Below, piece after piece: positions 37,543 to 50,549 of a stretch of 64,000 nucleotides of DNA (its first letter is position 1; the number at the start of each line of letters is the position of its first letter). The stretch is from Camelus dromedarius (taxonomy: Eukaryota), in contig NC_087438.1 in assembly GCF_036321535.1 (NCBI RefSeq), positions 11,534,001-11,598,000 of the forward strand. The letters run 5' to 3'. The notes beneath the pieces were generated by a model. That model worked only from the letters and a program-made list of their open reading frames with translations. It did no database searches and was not told the origin of the DNA. The position numbers were made by a program, and so were the translations under genes.

Positions 37543-39620
37543 TAAAGGAGAAATATAATGATATTACAAAGTATTACTCTGCTAATGTATGGTTTCCAAT
37601 ATAGTATTTCTATTCATTTGTTGGTTTTTCTTGGAGTTTTGAAACACAACAGAGATATAGCTACACCCCAAGACTGATAAGTTCTATATTTGGATGAAAA
37701 CTGTAACTCAGCCTTGCCTCTCAGGTTTCTTAAAGTGACATGGATGTACAGATAAGCCACATTTTTCTGCCCACTACCCTCACAAATATTTTCATTTAAC
37801 TCAGGGCATCCGTTGACATAAAGGGATCTTTTGGTGATAGTTACCCCATAATTCCCTGTGTTCTTACGATACATAGATTCAGGCTTCTGACCCACAAATG
37901 GAATTTGGAGCATAATATAGGCACAGATAGAGCTATTTCTTCACAGTGGAATCAGACAAATGATGACTTCAGGGGAAATTACATTGGAGGAAGTCATCCG
38001 CCTCACATCAAAGGCAAATTAGAGACATAAATTAGAAACCAAAGGCCAGATAAAGCTGTGGGTTTCATAGAAAGGAAATGTTTAGAGGCTTATGGAGGGA
38101 TACATGTATAGTATTTCTTTCCAAAACAAAACAAAATCATTATCACAGAGGTTTGCGTTTGCAAGCAGCCACAGCTGTATACAATATGTAAGTATGAGTC
38201 TCAGGCTCAAAAACCACTTTAAAATAGAGTTGGGGCCTGGCTTACATCCACCAATGTTTGGGTAATGTCGGGGTTATGCCAGATCTCCCAGCCACAGAAC
38301 ACTCCACGTGATGTCCAGGCTCCTTCACTCATCTCCTTCTTTGTGCTGGGTTGTTTGATCATCAGTCACTTTGAATCTCTCCAAGCAGAAGGTCTGGAAA
38401 GCAGAGAATAGGGTTCAAGACTCTGCTTGGTATTGCGTTCTTATCCCTTGAAGTAAGCTGTAAGCCTAGGGGTGGACCACCATACTTTCTAAGTCTTTAT
38501 CTTTGAAGGAATTGAACTTCTAATGAAGAAGAATCTGGAGAATGAGAATTCTGAGTGAAAACGAATAGCGGTCTTCATCACTGCACCTTGGTGTGAATTA
38601 AGAGGGAGAAAAGATCAGAACAAAGAAAATCCAGGAAATAGCTCCATGAGTTCCCTGTCCAGGGGTTGTGGATTTAGAACAAAGGGAAACCTTTGGTTAT
38701 ATCTAAGCAAATTCAATCTTTGAAATAGACCTAGGGGTTTTAATCCGGCTATGGTGATGAAGACAGAAACACATTTTGCTGTGGAATTGTGTGCGAATAG
38801 ATAGCGCAGCTAAAGGAGGCTTCAAATTTGAACTAACAAATAATTACATATTGATTATACAAATATTCTCTCTCTAGATTTATCATGTGCCTTTCCACAT
38901 AAATGATGTTTGGGCAAGTGGCAGGAAGTATTGTCTGCTTTGACCAAGCTTTTAATTGGAGGAAAGTGACTGTGCAAGAAATTGAGATACTGGAGCCTGA
39001 ATACCCAACGGTGAAAGGTGTTTAATACATACCTACGTATTATGCTTTGCTGGGTGTCAGCCCTACCTCCGCTTTGCACCTGCTTTGTAATCCTGGGGAA
39101 GTAGTAACTTTCCTCCTTTCTTCTCTTCTGCCAGTTACATAAGAATATTACCAGAAAAAGTTATAGAATTATGACTGTATCTTCAAGCTCTTTGAGAGTC
39201 ACTGATACGCCCAATCAATACTTTCTATAATAATAAGGAAAATACAACATCTGCTTATATTCACAACGCTTTCAAAAAGATAGATTCATCACAGTTTCAA
39301 CATCTTGATGTCTACGTAGCACTTCTCACCACAGACTAAACTGCCACCTAGTTAGTCCCACGACTTTTCTTAGAGTTTCTATATTCTTTTTCTGATTTCC
39401 AAAATTTTCAGATCAAATTATGAAATGTTGAGCATCTAATGAATGCAAGGCACTGTATACAATATGGAATTCTGATGTAGACATATGTTGAGAAAGGATA
39501 ATGGTTAAAGTTTACACACAAGTACAAGATACTGTTACTATGTTAGCAAATATAAGAAAGCTTATTTATAGCACTCTTCAAAGAATGAAGAAATAAAGTT
39601 TTGTCAAATAGAATAACTGC

Positions 39621-39656
<36 letters not shown>

Positions 39657-39784
39657 ATCTTGGACCTTAGCTTCCTTACCTATAAAATGGGGCAATAATC
39701 CCACGTAATTCCTAGAGTTGCTGTGAGGATTGGATGAGATAATACACATAAAGAATTTAGAAGGAGAGCCTAAGCCATAATGAA

Positions 39785-40620
39785 TGTGATTATGAGTTGA
39801 ACTATGTCAGAGCCCCAATACCTCAGAATGTGACTATATTTGGAAACAGGGCCTTTAGAGAGGTAATTAAGTTAAAATGGGTCTATAAGGGTGGACCATA
39901 GTCCAATCTGACTGGTGTCCTTGTGAGAAGAGGTTAGGACACATGAGCGAGACACCATGGGCACATGTGCACCGAGGATGGACATCCATAAGCCAAGGAG
40001 GGAGACCTGGAACAGATCCTTTCCTTACCTATGACCGCTGACTGAAAAAAAGGTACAACCTAAAGTTGAAAATTGTATTTTATTCGGAGGATTTTTCTGA
40101 GGACTTAAGCCTGAGATGCAACCTCTCAGATCGCTCTGAGGGGCTGCTCCGAAGAGGCAGTGGAGGAGCCAGGATACATAGCAGTTTTTGCAGCCAAGAC
40201 CAGGTAGTCGGAACATCAAAAGATAACTGTTAGTGAAAGAAAACCAGATATCTCAAGGTAATGAATTTAGCACTTTTCTATGTATGGGGAAATGCAGGCG
40301 CCTGGGCTCAATGAAGTCATCCCTCTGACATGCATTTTTACCCTCTAGGACTAGTCTCCAGGTTCTCTCCTTCCTGAATCCCCCAGGGTGCACGGTTAGG
40401 GGCGGCTGCAGTGGCTCAGGGCTTGATGACTGCAACTTCCTTTGTTTACTGATGTGGCAGGCAATATTTTTCATCCACAGGAGCATCAGAAGAAACCAAC
40501 TCTACTGGCTCCTTCACTTTGAACTTGCAGTCTCCAGAACTGTGAGAAAATTAATTTCTGGTGTTTAAGCCCCACACTGGTCTGTGATATTTTGTTATGG
40601 CAGCTTGAGCAAACTAATTC
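39785..40620 (+). mobile_element. MaLR solo LTR (MLT1A/B-like) split by an ERV1 LTR
   Basis: ACCTCAGAATGTGACTATATTTGGAAACAGGGCCTTTA...GACTGGTGTCCTT (5' part) and GCAGTCTCCAGAACTGTGAGAAAATTAATTTCTG...TTTGTTATGGCAGC (3' part). Confidence 0.82.
40036..40479 (-). mobile_element. ERV1 solo LTR (MER41-like), nested in MLT1
   Basis: Co-linear similarity to 30613-31054 over its length; ends TTTTTCATCCACA. No clean TSD seen. Confidence 0.85.
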
Positions 40621-41705
40621 AAGTGCTCAATATACTTTTGCTATACAGAGATGAGAAGGGCAGGGAGGGAAAAATGAATGTGTACACAGAACACTACAGA
40701 AGGAAGGACATGGCTGCAGCTTCCCGCTTGAGCTGACCTCCCTGGATGACCTCAAGCAGCTGCATCTTTCTGGCACCAGAACAGTATCATTAGATCCTCT
40801 TCTTAAGTCAGTGAGGAGATTCTGGGAAGAATCGCAGCTACTTGCAGGGAGAGGAAAGCAAAGCATCCTTATCGGTATCAATTTATTGACTCATTTTGGA
40901 AGGAGACTGAGCTTCAAATCATACCAAAAGGATTACACAAAACAAAAGGAGCCCTCATTCCCCCCAGGGCTGGTGTCCATTTGCAAGTGTATAAATCAAT
41001 AGTGCATTTCCACATGCCTTGTTTCTTTTATGAATGTCTTGATTTCTCCAGGCCAAAAAAAACTTATTAGAATCCAGAGGAAAGTGCAACAAGCCTGGAC
41101 AGTATGCCTTGGCAGCAGTTCCCAGGGACATAGTCAGTGCAATCATTAGGCAATACGTTCTCGGTAAGTCACCGACATTGGGAAATGTTTGCAAATGTGT
41201 GATTCCTTACTACAGACCCAGTCTGCTGATAGGTGTCATTCTCCAGTGAGGTCCAGAAGGCAAGGGAAACGTGGCTCAGACCTCTATGCCTCTGCTGTGT
41301 CATCTCAAAAACAACAATGGCAAAAATCCCACAGAGATCGAATAGTATATTGCTGCCAGTATCTGGATCTTTTTACTGCTAAATGTACTTTCTCCTTTGC
41401 TTGTGGCATAGTTTTAAAATCACGTAGTGCAGTTTATGTTTAGGAGAAATCAGATTATATCTCTATATCCTGAGTCAGAACCCAAAAGCCCGTTGGTTAG
41501 CACTGGACTGCCACAGGCTAGGTATGTGACATTTTAAGTACTTCATTAGTCTGGGACCATGTTCCCTGGGGCTTTCTTCTAACGAAGGGTATTATGGGTG
41601 CTTTCCAAATATTCAGTTGTTTTAAATCATTGTTATTAAACGTAGGCAGGTTGTATAAGGAAGAGTAGCCTATGGTTTTAGATCATACCTTTGAAATCTT
41701 CCAGT

Positions 41706-41900
41706 CCAGGAGTGGAAAATAGGTTTTGTTTCAGTTAACCTGTACCAATTAATCGTAGCTAACTGGAGCATGATGTGGAAAATGTCCCAAGGTCAAGTGT
41801 GGGCTCAACAGGAAATCATGCGATGATTGGTACTGATGTCTGTTGTGGGCACAAGATTGGAGAGAGGTAGAAAAGACATGCTAGGTATTTTCTGCCTCTA
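41706..41900. mobile_element. MER112-like hAT fossil
   Basis: CAGGAGTGGAAAATAGGTTT...GGGCTCAACAGGAAA...GATGTCTG resembles MER112. Confidence 0.5.
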
Positions 41901-43099
41901 AATCTAATAACTTTCTTCTTATAGATGAGGAAACTGAGCTCCAAAAACGTTAAATGCTTCTCTCAAGATGACGTAATTAGCTAGCAAAAATGCCAAGGTC
42001 AGAATCAATACATCTTGACTCCCTTCCTACTACACCATTGAAAAAAGTCCTGGAAGCATGAATATACTTAGTAACCAGATGGTAACCGCTGGTCTTCATT
42101 CTCTTCATTTGCCAATGAAGCTGTAATGCAGAAAGCAGTGCTAAAAAGCCTCCACTGCCTAACACATATACATCCATCCTCCCCTCAAGGGCATACTTAC
42201 TTTGCATTTACTTAGAGATTTTACTCCTGAGACTCTTTTCATGTCAGGAATTCTGAGAAAAAGTTTGCCTCTAGGTACTATTTAGTCATCTGTCAACTGA
42301 GTAAAGTGATACCTGAAGTCTAAAGTCTGCATCTTGAATTTAAGTCTTTAAGGCCCTTTGAGTTCTTGACAAAAAGCAATCCAAAAATGAAAATTTCTTT
42401 TGTTATCAATATACTAGAAATAGGTTAGAAAATATTAATGCACTTATGTAAACATAAAATGTTCTGCACTTGAATTTGGAACTCTATAGGGGGAAATTTT
42501 TTGAGAAAAGATAAAAACAATAGTGAACCTTTTTGAAGGAACAAGAGTAAGGAGTTAAATTCTAATTCCTTGTAGCAATTATCTTTCCCCTTGGGGAAGG
42601 ACATTAAGAACTTTTGTTCCGCAATGCCATCTATTTTTTATTGCGCCAATGAACATCTTTCCAAACTGCCACTATTCATCGCTTTTAAATAAGAATAGAT
42701 GAGTTTGAAAAGATATGAAGATTCATTAGTTCCAGTTCTAAATATTGCAGGTGAAATTATTTCCATCCACTGCAGCCTAGAGCAGACTCAGTGAGGAGTC
42801 ACAAAATACCCTTGAAAATTATATTTTCAAAGAAACGTGGCCACTGTTTGGACAAATGTAAAGTCAACACGGCACGGGCCCTCTGTTCATTAACCCAGCC
42901 TTCTGTGCCTCCTGCAGATAAAGACTGACATTTGATCACGCACGAAGGGGTCCTTGCTATAAATGGAGAATAGCCAAAAAGCTGAGCGAGGTGGAGTTTG
43001 ATATTGATAAGAGAGTTTAAACGAAGTTCTGTAGTTAGTAGAAAAGTACTATTAAGATCCACTTTCTTTCAATCACTTTATCCATGGAAAAAATAATCA

Positions 43100-44230
43100 G
43101 TAGTCAATCTAAAAAGGAAATGGAAAATTTTATTTGCACAAAACTGAGGAGTATAACCCAGGAGACGGTCTCTCAGAGAGCTCTGAGAACTGCTCCAAAG
43201 AGGTAGTGCGGGAGGTCAGTATGCATGTGATTTAGTGAAGGGGGTCCATGCAGTCAAGCACACATGTAGGCAGAAGTTTGCTGCAGCTAATGGTTTTAGT
43301 GCTTTTCTAAGTATGGGAAGATGCAAGAATCCAGGCTCAGAAAATATTTCTCTTGAAAATTTCTAACTGTCTGAAGGTCTGCTCTGTCAGTTTGCTCAGA
43401 GCACAGAAACTCATCCTGATCTGGATCTCAATCCAGAATTCCTTTCATGGTGCATTGCAGGCCAGTGACTGCAGTGGCTAATGACTTAATTCTTACTGAA
43501 CTGGATGGTGGGCAACATTCCTTATAATCCCTTCGCTTTTGGTCTTAATTTTGACCAAGATTTGGAAGGCATTTCATGACTAATTTGTTCCATGACACCA
43601 GGAATGCTCACTCCCAGGTCAAGGAAGGAATTCATTGATAAGCCACCTGATGTGCAATTACTAGACTAGGCTTTGTTAACAGTAGCCCCAAATCTCTGGA
43701 TGCTCTGTCTTACTAGCCTGTCATGGTCCAGGAAATGGTTCTCTCTTATTGCTTCTTCCCATATCTAGATTTACACTATTACAATCATTGATCTTATAAA
43801 ACTATATATTTGACCAGTTGCTTCAAGTTCCATAGTCATTAATTTAATCTGAGGCTCAGTCACATATTTGGTAGTGCAAGAAACAATAATCTTATAAAAT
43901 AAGCAGACTATAAATAATATAGCTAGTAATATTAATAAGGTCATAAGTAAGATTTAATCTAAGAACTTCCATTAAGTGCAGCCCAGTATCTCCCCAGTCA
44001 TCTGACCAGTCTGTTCTGCACTATCTTTAAGGGAAATGATATATTGGCATTGTAAATAAAGTTCAGCAAAGATGTTTATATGTACAGAGTGAATGGTGGA
44101 TCATTGTGACCTCTTACAGGACTGAGAAAGGAATGTTATCTTCTGAGGAGTCAGATGGCTGGGGCCAGAAGGGAAAAAAAAAAAAGATCTTTATGGTAGA
44201 TCAGGTATTTTTGCCATTGAGGAGGTCTGG
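43100..44230 (-). mobile_element. Truncated ERV1 provirus: 3' LTR (~43100-43526), polypurine tract and internal env-end region
   Basis: The LTR shares CTCTCAGA...CTCTGAG...CTGCTCCAAAGAGG and TTTAGTGCTTTTCTA with the MER41-like LTRs. Minus-strand purine tract AAAAGCGAAGGGAT (43527-43540) abuts the LTR. A hydrophobic TM-like frame lies at 43771-43953. The far boundary is uncertain. Confidence 0.72.
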
Positions 44231-46195
44231 TCAATGCATAATACAGATGCACAATGCACACCAGAGGGGAGGGAGGATGCCCAAGTGTGCAGAAAAAAAT
44301 TATGCTTAAATTTTTCTTGCCTTGCCTTAAAATGTGGATTTTTATTTCATCAGCATTAACCTCCAGAAGATAATAACTGAGGCAGTATTTACTCTTGGGG
44401 AAAAGCTGGCATGAGGAGCCATGAGTTCTAATGAGCACCCTTCTGTCCAGCATTGTGATTGGTGATTTACATTTGTTGACATATTAGTTGTCACAACAGC
44501 CCAAAGGGATAGATGGCTGAAGTGGATTGAAGTACTTCAGTGCCCTAGAAACGTAAGTAGAAATGCCCCCTTGACTCCTTTCTACTAGGCCAAACCAAAG
44601 GCTGTTTTGAGCCATGTTTGGTGACCAAGCCATATCTCTCAGCATCCCAAGTCTTTTGAAATTTTTCTTTCAAAATAGCCAAACCTCTACCATGGCAGCC
44701 ATCTGGTCTACCTCCTCCACCACATGCCCAGCCCCTGAATAGGAATACTTAATTCTCCCGTACACAGGAAGTGCTAGTCCTACATACTTTCTTGGGGTGG
44801 TGTTTTGAGCTTGTCTGATAATGAAAAAGAATATGAAAACAAATAAGACACAATAAGAATAAGACACAACTGGAGAGGGACTACTGGGCCTCACTTACTA
44901 CGTTTACTTCATCTTGCCCTTCACTCGGCTTTGTTACTTATATGGCTGAGGGCAAGAACTGTGTCATGCAGCCTGAATCCCCATGGCATCCAGCCTGATG
45001 CCTTGCACACAGTAGGCGCTCTGCAGTTGTGACTAGAGTGACCAACCGATTAAATGAATTAATGGGCGAACAATAGCTCACTGATGGGGTGACCTCAGCT
45101 GCCAATCCTTCCCTCCCTTTTACTTGCCCTTTAGCATGTGATCCACTTCCCTTCCCTCTCCTACTGCCCACCTGACCTTCCCTCCACTGTGTCGCCCTCC
45201 ACTGATTGACGTGCTACAGTGTAACGAGGGGCCAAACAGAATGACTCAACGCGGTATTACGTCTGCATCGCCTGTGACCTTGCTCCTTCGTTATTTGCTC
45301 ACTGCCAGTCTGAGTGGCTCAGCACCTGGCTTAATGGAAGTAGTGTTTATAGTGTATATAATGCTTCACATGGATATATATCTTTATATAAAATAAATTT
45401 TTAAAAACTCTCCCACAGCCTCTCATTTCCTTGACACAGGACCTTCTGGGGCCAGCAAGATGCACCTCATGGGTCTTATAGGAAGTAAAGGTGACTTAAC
45501 CACGCAGCTAGTTAAGCTGGTTAGTCATGTCCCAATATTCCTTTCACTGGACCACCAATCTCTTCTTCTGTTGCTGGCTGACCTTGTTGCTGTCCTCAGG
45601 GAAAAGGCTTACCACTAATGATGCAGTTGTAATATAGTACAATGGATGCTGATAAACTTGACCATGGCTTCTAAAAGTGCACTCTGGTGGATTTTTTAGC
45701 TCACTGGCTTTGAAGTACTTGTGGAAGCATATTTTTGTTATGAACAATTACCTGAAATAATTAATACTTTTAAAATCCAACCTCACTGAAATCTCATCAA
45801 AAATGAACACTACCCATTCATTCATTTGTGAGGATTTGGGGGGATGGAGGTAGCATAAGAACCAAGTATTGTAGAGGCTTCTAGAGGTCTTCTGCTCCAA
45901 TGACGTGTCCATTCCTGAAAACGTCCTTAAAGCAATTACTCAGTTGGCATGGCTGGAGCCCCCAGACCAGGTAAGCAGCTGATGACCAAGGCGATCCCTT
46001 TTGCGAGATGAGGAAGTTTGTCCCAGAAGAAGTGATGGGTAAAAGGATGTTCAGTGGGAGAAAGAGGAGAGATACAGTAAAGACATGGGCTGAGGGGTGT
46101 TGAATTGTTGGGTCCAGTAGGGTACCAATTTGCTATACACATCTGTAAGAACCACGTGGACCATTAGGCATTGTTTTTTATTTAATTTTTTTGCC

Positions 46196-46430
46196 CTTTT
46201 AAAAAAATTGAAGTATGGTCAATTTACAACATTGTATCAATTTCTGGTGTGCAGCATAATGTTTCAGCCATACATATACACACATATATTCCTTTTCATA
46301 TTCTTCTTCATAAGAGGTTACTGCAATATATTGAATATAGTTTCCTGTGCTATACAGTATAAACTTATTGTTTATTTATTTTATATATAGTAATGTGTAT
46401 CTGCAAATCTCAAATACCCAATTTATTAAC
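46196..46430 (-). mobile_element. Short L1 3'-UTR insertion
   Basis: AATTGAAGTATGGTCAATTTACAAC...TGTGCTATACAGTA...TATCTGCAAATCTCAAATACCCAATTTAT; paralog of 2635-2860. Confidence 0.88.
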
Positions 46431-46489
46431 TTATTTTTAATTATTTAAAAATCATTTTCTTCTGAATCCATTTTCCTGTGTGTCAGGAG

Positions 46490-46690
46490 GGTAAACTGAC
46501 AGATTTACTACTTGTTAGCTATGTGACCCAGGAAAAAGTTTTTAATTTCTCTGAGCCTCATATTTCCACTTTTGTGAAATAGAGAGATATTGACCTGCCA
46601 CACAGCATTGCTGTGAGGACAAAATGAGATGATCTATATAAAGCATCTAGGACAGTGCTTGGCACAGAATAGTTGCTCAGTAATTTATTG
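46490..46690 (+). mobile_element. MIR SINE
   Basis: TAGCTATGTGACCCAGG...TCTCTGAGCCTCA...TGTGAGGACAAAATGAGATGAT...TAAAGCATCTAGGACAGTGCTTGGCACAG. Confidence 0.82.
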
Positions 46691-46818
46691 TCTGGTGGAT
46701 TCTCAGGTGCTTCCATCCCTTATGCCAAACATACATATTTCCAACAACTGTCTTGATCCCCAAGGTCTTAATCTCTTGGAAATACTCTTGTAATCTTCTC
46801 TTCAGTCTGTAGACACAA

Positions 46819-47010
46819 TTAGATAGACGATAGATAGATAGGTAGATAGATAATAGATAAATAGACAAACAGATAATAAATAGGTAGACATAGAAATGAA
46901 AGATAAATGGATAGATGAGTAGAGAGACATGGAGAGAGAAATATACATACATGCATACAATGATGGAGAGATGGGGAGAGAGAGAGAGACATGGGAAGAT
47001 AGAGAGAGAA
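46819..47010. repeat. Degenerate (GATA)n / GA-rich tract
   Basis: Decayed GATA units grading into GA repeats. Confidence 0.75.
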
Positions 47011-49154
47011 TTGAAATATTGTTCTTGACTCACCTACATTCCCATGAGATGTCATAATTTTTAATGGCTCTGTATCCAAAGCCTGAGTAATTGCAAATGA
47101 TGTTTGGACTTAGGAGGTTGCAGTGTAGGCCCTGGATATTTATACTTCCTTCTTGTTACTGAGTAATGAGACATCACAAGAAAATGGAGGTCATGGATAA
47201 AGAAAGAAAAACTTTAAACCTACTCAGATACTAAAAATGGGCTCAAATAAAAAATGGAGAACAAAGAACGTATATTTCCCCAACTCTGTACATCCCCAAC
47301 TCCACTGTAACTTCAATGAATGCTTCCTCCCCTCACCCCCACACCTCCTCTCCCTGCCAAAGGCACTCATGACCTCAGGTTTTACTGTGTATCTGGGAGC
47401 TAACTAAACTTACTGTTTATATGGAACCTAGGGGAACTAAGGTTTACACTGAGTGCATAGGGGTAGGGGCTGTAAGGGGTAGGTTCCTGGAAGAAAGAGC
47501 ATGGGAGGGCAGACTCCATCGACATGGATAGCCTAGATGTCCTGGAATAACCACCCTCATCTCATACACTTCAAACTGGGAAGACTCTCAGGCAATGACA
47601 TACTCATCGGCCATTATCAATGGACAAAGAAATGGCTTTGAAAACTTTGAAAAGAGTGGACCCAATATATGTTGCTGACTTGGAACAAACTTAAAACAGG
47701 ATTTATGCCCATTGATGGAACTGGCTCAGTTCTTCCCAGCCAGATCCCTGGGGAAAAAAAAATTTCATTCCCAAACTTTTCCAGTATCAAGAACTCATTG
47801 TAGCCACAAAATATTTCATCCCCCCAACTCTGTAATTATAATTGTAGCTAAATTTTAGAAGACCTATCATGTGCTTTCTGTGTATTAATTCAGTTCATGA
47901 GACAAAAAACCCAAGGCACAGGGAAATGAAAGGAGCTTGCCCAAAGTCATGTCAGGGGGAGCTGAGCTGTGATTCAGGCAGCCTGGCTCCATAGTTACTG
48001 CTTTAAACAGCTAAGCCATCCTATCTCCTGACTGTAGGTGTACTTTTACTGCAAAACAAGTCCCAGGAGGACAGGAGAGTTCCATGCATCCAGTATGATT
48101 TAAAAATTTTTAAATTCATATAGTTGAAAATATGGTGTATCTGCAGCATTGTTTTTTCAATCCACAAACATCACCCGAAGTAGCACATGGGTGTGCAGAC
48201 TCCTTATCATGACCTCCCTCGCCCTGGCAATGCGTGGGCAGATCCCTGCCCTCTGACCCCACGGCCCCGGAAGTTTATCATCTCAAAGCCTATCATACTC
48301 TTGGACATATACTTATGTCTGTATATTGGTCCTGTCCTTGGGATCAGGGGCTGTGTCTTCTTCGTTATTGAAATTCAAGTACCCACCAAGTCTTACCCGT
48401 AATAGGTGCTCAGTGAATAGTTTTGGAGTTAACGAATGCACAGTTCTGTATCCAGCTCCTCCCTGAGGGTATTAGCAAGTACAGTTGATTTGGAAACAAC
48501 TGGCTTAGACTGTGTTATGGATGGTAACGCCAGGTCTTTTGAGAGAGGACTCTCAAAGAGAAGTAGGGCTGTGCAAGTTCTCCCCCTAGAGGGACCAGGA
48601 TAAAAAGCATGACACAAAGTTGGTTCCAGGAGCCCTTTTCCAGGACCTCTGATAAAGCGGCTGTTTGGGGATGGTAACGGACATCACGGTCAGCGGGAGA
48701 CGAGTGGTCAGTGTTAGCCAACATTGTCCATGGAGATGGCAGCGTCTTTGGCCAGTCCTGATCTGAGGCTGACGCAGTCATGACTTTCATGTGGAACTTA
48801 GGACGGAGTAAGAAACACCTTCCCCAAGATCATGAGGACCACACTGGCTGCCCAAAGGATGAACCAGATGGACCTGGGGTGTGGTCAGGCTGCCCAGGCT
48901 GCTGTCTCCCGACTGGCTGTGTAACAGAGGTTTGCACTTCAGGTCATATTCTGGCCAACTCCCTGGGAAATTTGCCCTTACAGGCTCCTTCCAAGGGCAA
49001 GTTAGAAAGATTTCTGGAGGTGTTCTATCCAGGAGTTATTTAGGTGGAGATAAACATGACCTCCATGGAAATTCCTAAATGAGTATTACAGCCATAACCA
49101 AACATATAGTTAATGAGTCTGTCTTATTCAGGAAAGCACCACAGTAATTCACGG

Positions 49155-49385
49155 AGGCGGTATGGCTTGGTGGTTAAAGGCATCAGCTTTGTAGTCAGAT
49201 GGGCAAGGGTTTACTCCCATCAAAGCCCTTTAATAGCATTTTGACCTCACTTGGGCAAATACATTCTCTTACTGAACAATTATTTGACAGGGTTGTTTTG
49301 AAGATTAAATGACAAAGTATCTAAAACACTTAGTATAGGAACTGGCACATATTAAAACCGTATTAGAATAGGAGCTAATAAGCCC
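49155..49385 (+). mobile_element. MIR SINE
   Basis: GAGGCGGTATGGCTTGGTGGTTAAAGG...GTCAGA...TTGGGCAAAT...GGGTTGTTTTGAAGATTAAATGA. Confidence 0.72.
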
Positions 49386-50404
49386 ATAAGGGTATAACTG
49401 TGACATTTAAAGGAAAAGCTATGACGGTTTTTCCTAAGACCCTAGGTGGGACACACTCATTGCTAATTAGAATGAATAAAAATAGACACTGGAAAATTTC
49501 AAGTTTGGCTTTACGAGTACAATATGGGACCTTGTTGGGCAACGGGAGACTGGGGTTTGTACTCTGAGAGGCAGGCAGGAGCTTTTCATTCTCAGCTCTT
49601 GGGTCTACCCGATGGGGGACGTGGGGGCTTTTAAACAGTCCCTTCTCACTCTAAGAAGCAGCTAAGAAATCCCAGAGGGCCCAGCCTGAGCCCAGGATGG
49701 AACAAAAGAGAGTTCCCCAGAGGGAGCAGGGTCTGTTTTGTATCATTAAAAAAGAGCCATGAGAATTGGCTCTCAATTACTGATGCTGAGAGGGTGGTTT
49801 TGGCCCTGCATGGGATTATATATGCAAAGAGCATCATTTCTTCTTTATGAAAGCATTTGTGTCCTGCCTGCAAAGTGCCCACCACTATGATGGGTTGAGA
49901 GAGGTGGATAGACAGAGACAGGAATACAGAGAACTTTCCTAAGTAGTGTACCACAATGGTGGGGTATATCAAGGAGGACTCGGCTCTAATCCTTGCTCAG
50001 AATGTGTATTCTGAGTTGATAGCATCCGTGTCCTTCTCTGTCATCTGACAGTCTGCTCGCCTTGGCACCACCACTTGTGACCTTGGATAGCTTCTCTTTA
50101 CAAAACGAACCCTGAAGCCCAGCCGGTACACTCAGCAAAACAGCACATGTCAGCCATTGCACAGTAGAACATTAAACTTCTCAAAAATGAGGAACATATA
50201 AAAAAAAGGAAGAGCAGTGTGTTGGATATGCGCACAGAGTCAACCTTTTGATTTCTGGGTAGAAATAAATCAAAAGCAGACGTTTCCCTTGATCGTAGAT
50301 GAGGCAGTGCCTGGAGCTGCCTAACGGCAGGTTGCTGAGAATGAAGCACGCAGAAGATCCAATTGTAAGCTGGCTGACCACAGAACACGACTGGATTCAC
50401 TTAC

Positions 50405-50549
50405 TGCTAATTAGGATGAATAAAGAGAGACAGTGGGAGATGGGAAGCTTGGAATTATGGGTAGTAAAAACCACTTGATGGGCGGAAACCAATTTTTCCT
50501 GGTGATTTGGAAAACCGCTGTGTATAGTGTCAGCTCCGTTACTTATGCC
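50405..50549 (-). other. Candidate spliced exon of an unknown transcript
   Basis: Acceptor CTTACTGCTTGCAAATTTCAG, donor GCA|GTAAGT; 145 nt, open in one frame. Paralogous copy with a dead donor at 49461-49563. May be a pseudo-exon. Confidence 0.2.

Noticed and set aside
48515..48680. 11-bp direct repeat GGATGGTAACG, an 8-bp hairpin and a CTCF-like CCCCTAGAGGGA
   Set aside because: Each is short enough to arise by chance, and the CTCF match misses core positions.
50245..50276. 10-bp inverted repeat CTTTTGATTT/AAATCAAAAG (also an 8-bp stem at 42812-42830)
   Set aside because: AT-rich short stems are expected at this window size, and there is no supporting evidence.
1448..50549. One minus-strand multi-exon gene built from candidates at 50405-50549, 47033-47081, 25337-25461, 14153-14256 and 1448-1512
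   Set aside because: The phases do not give one consistent chain, no joined peptide is recognisable, and pseudo-exons are common in mammalian DNA.
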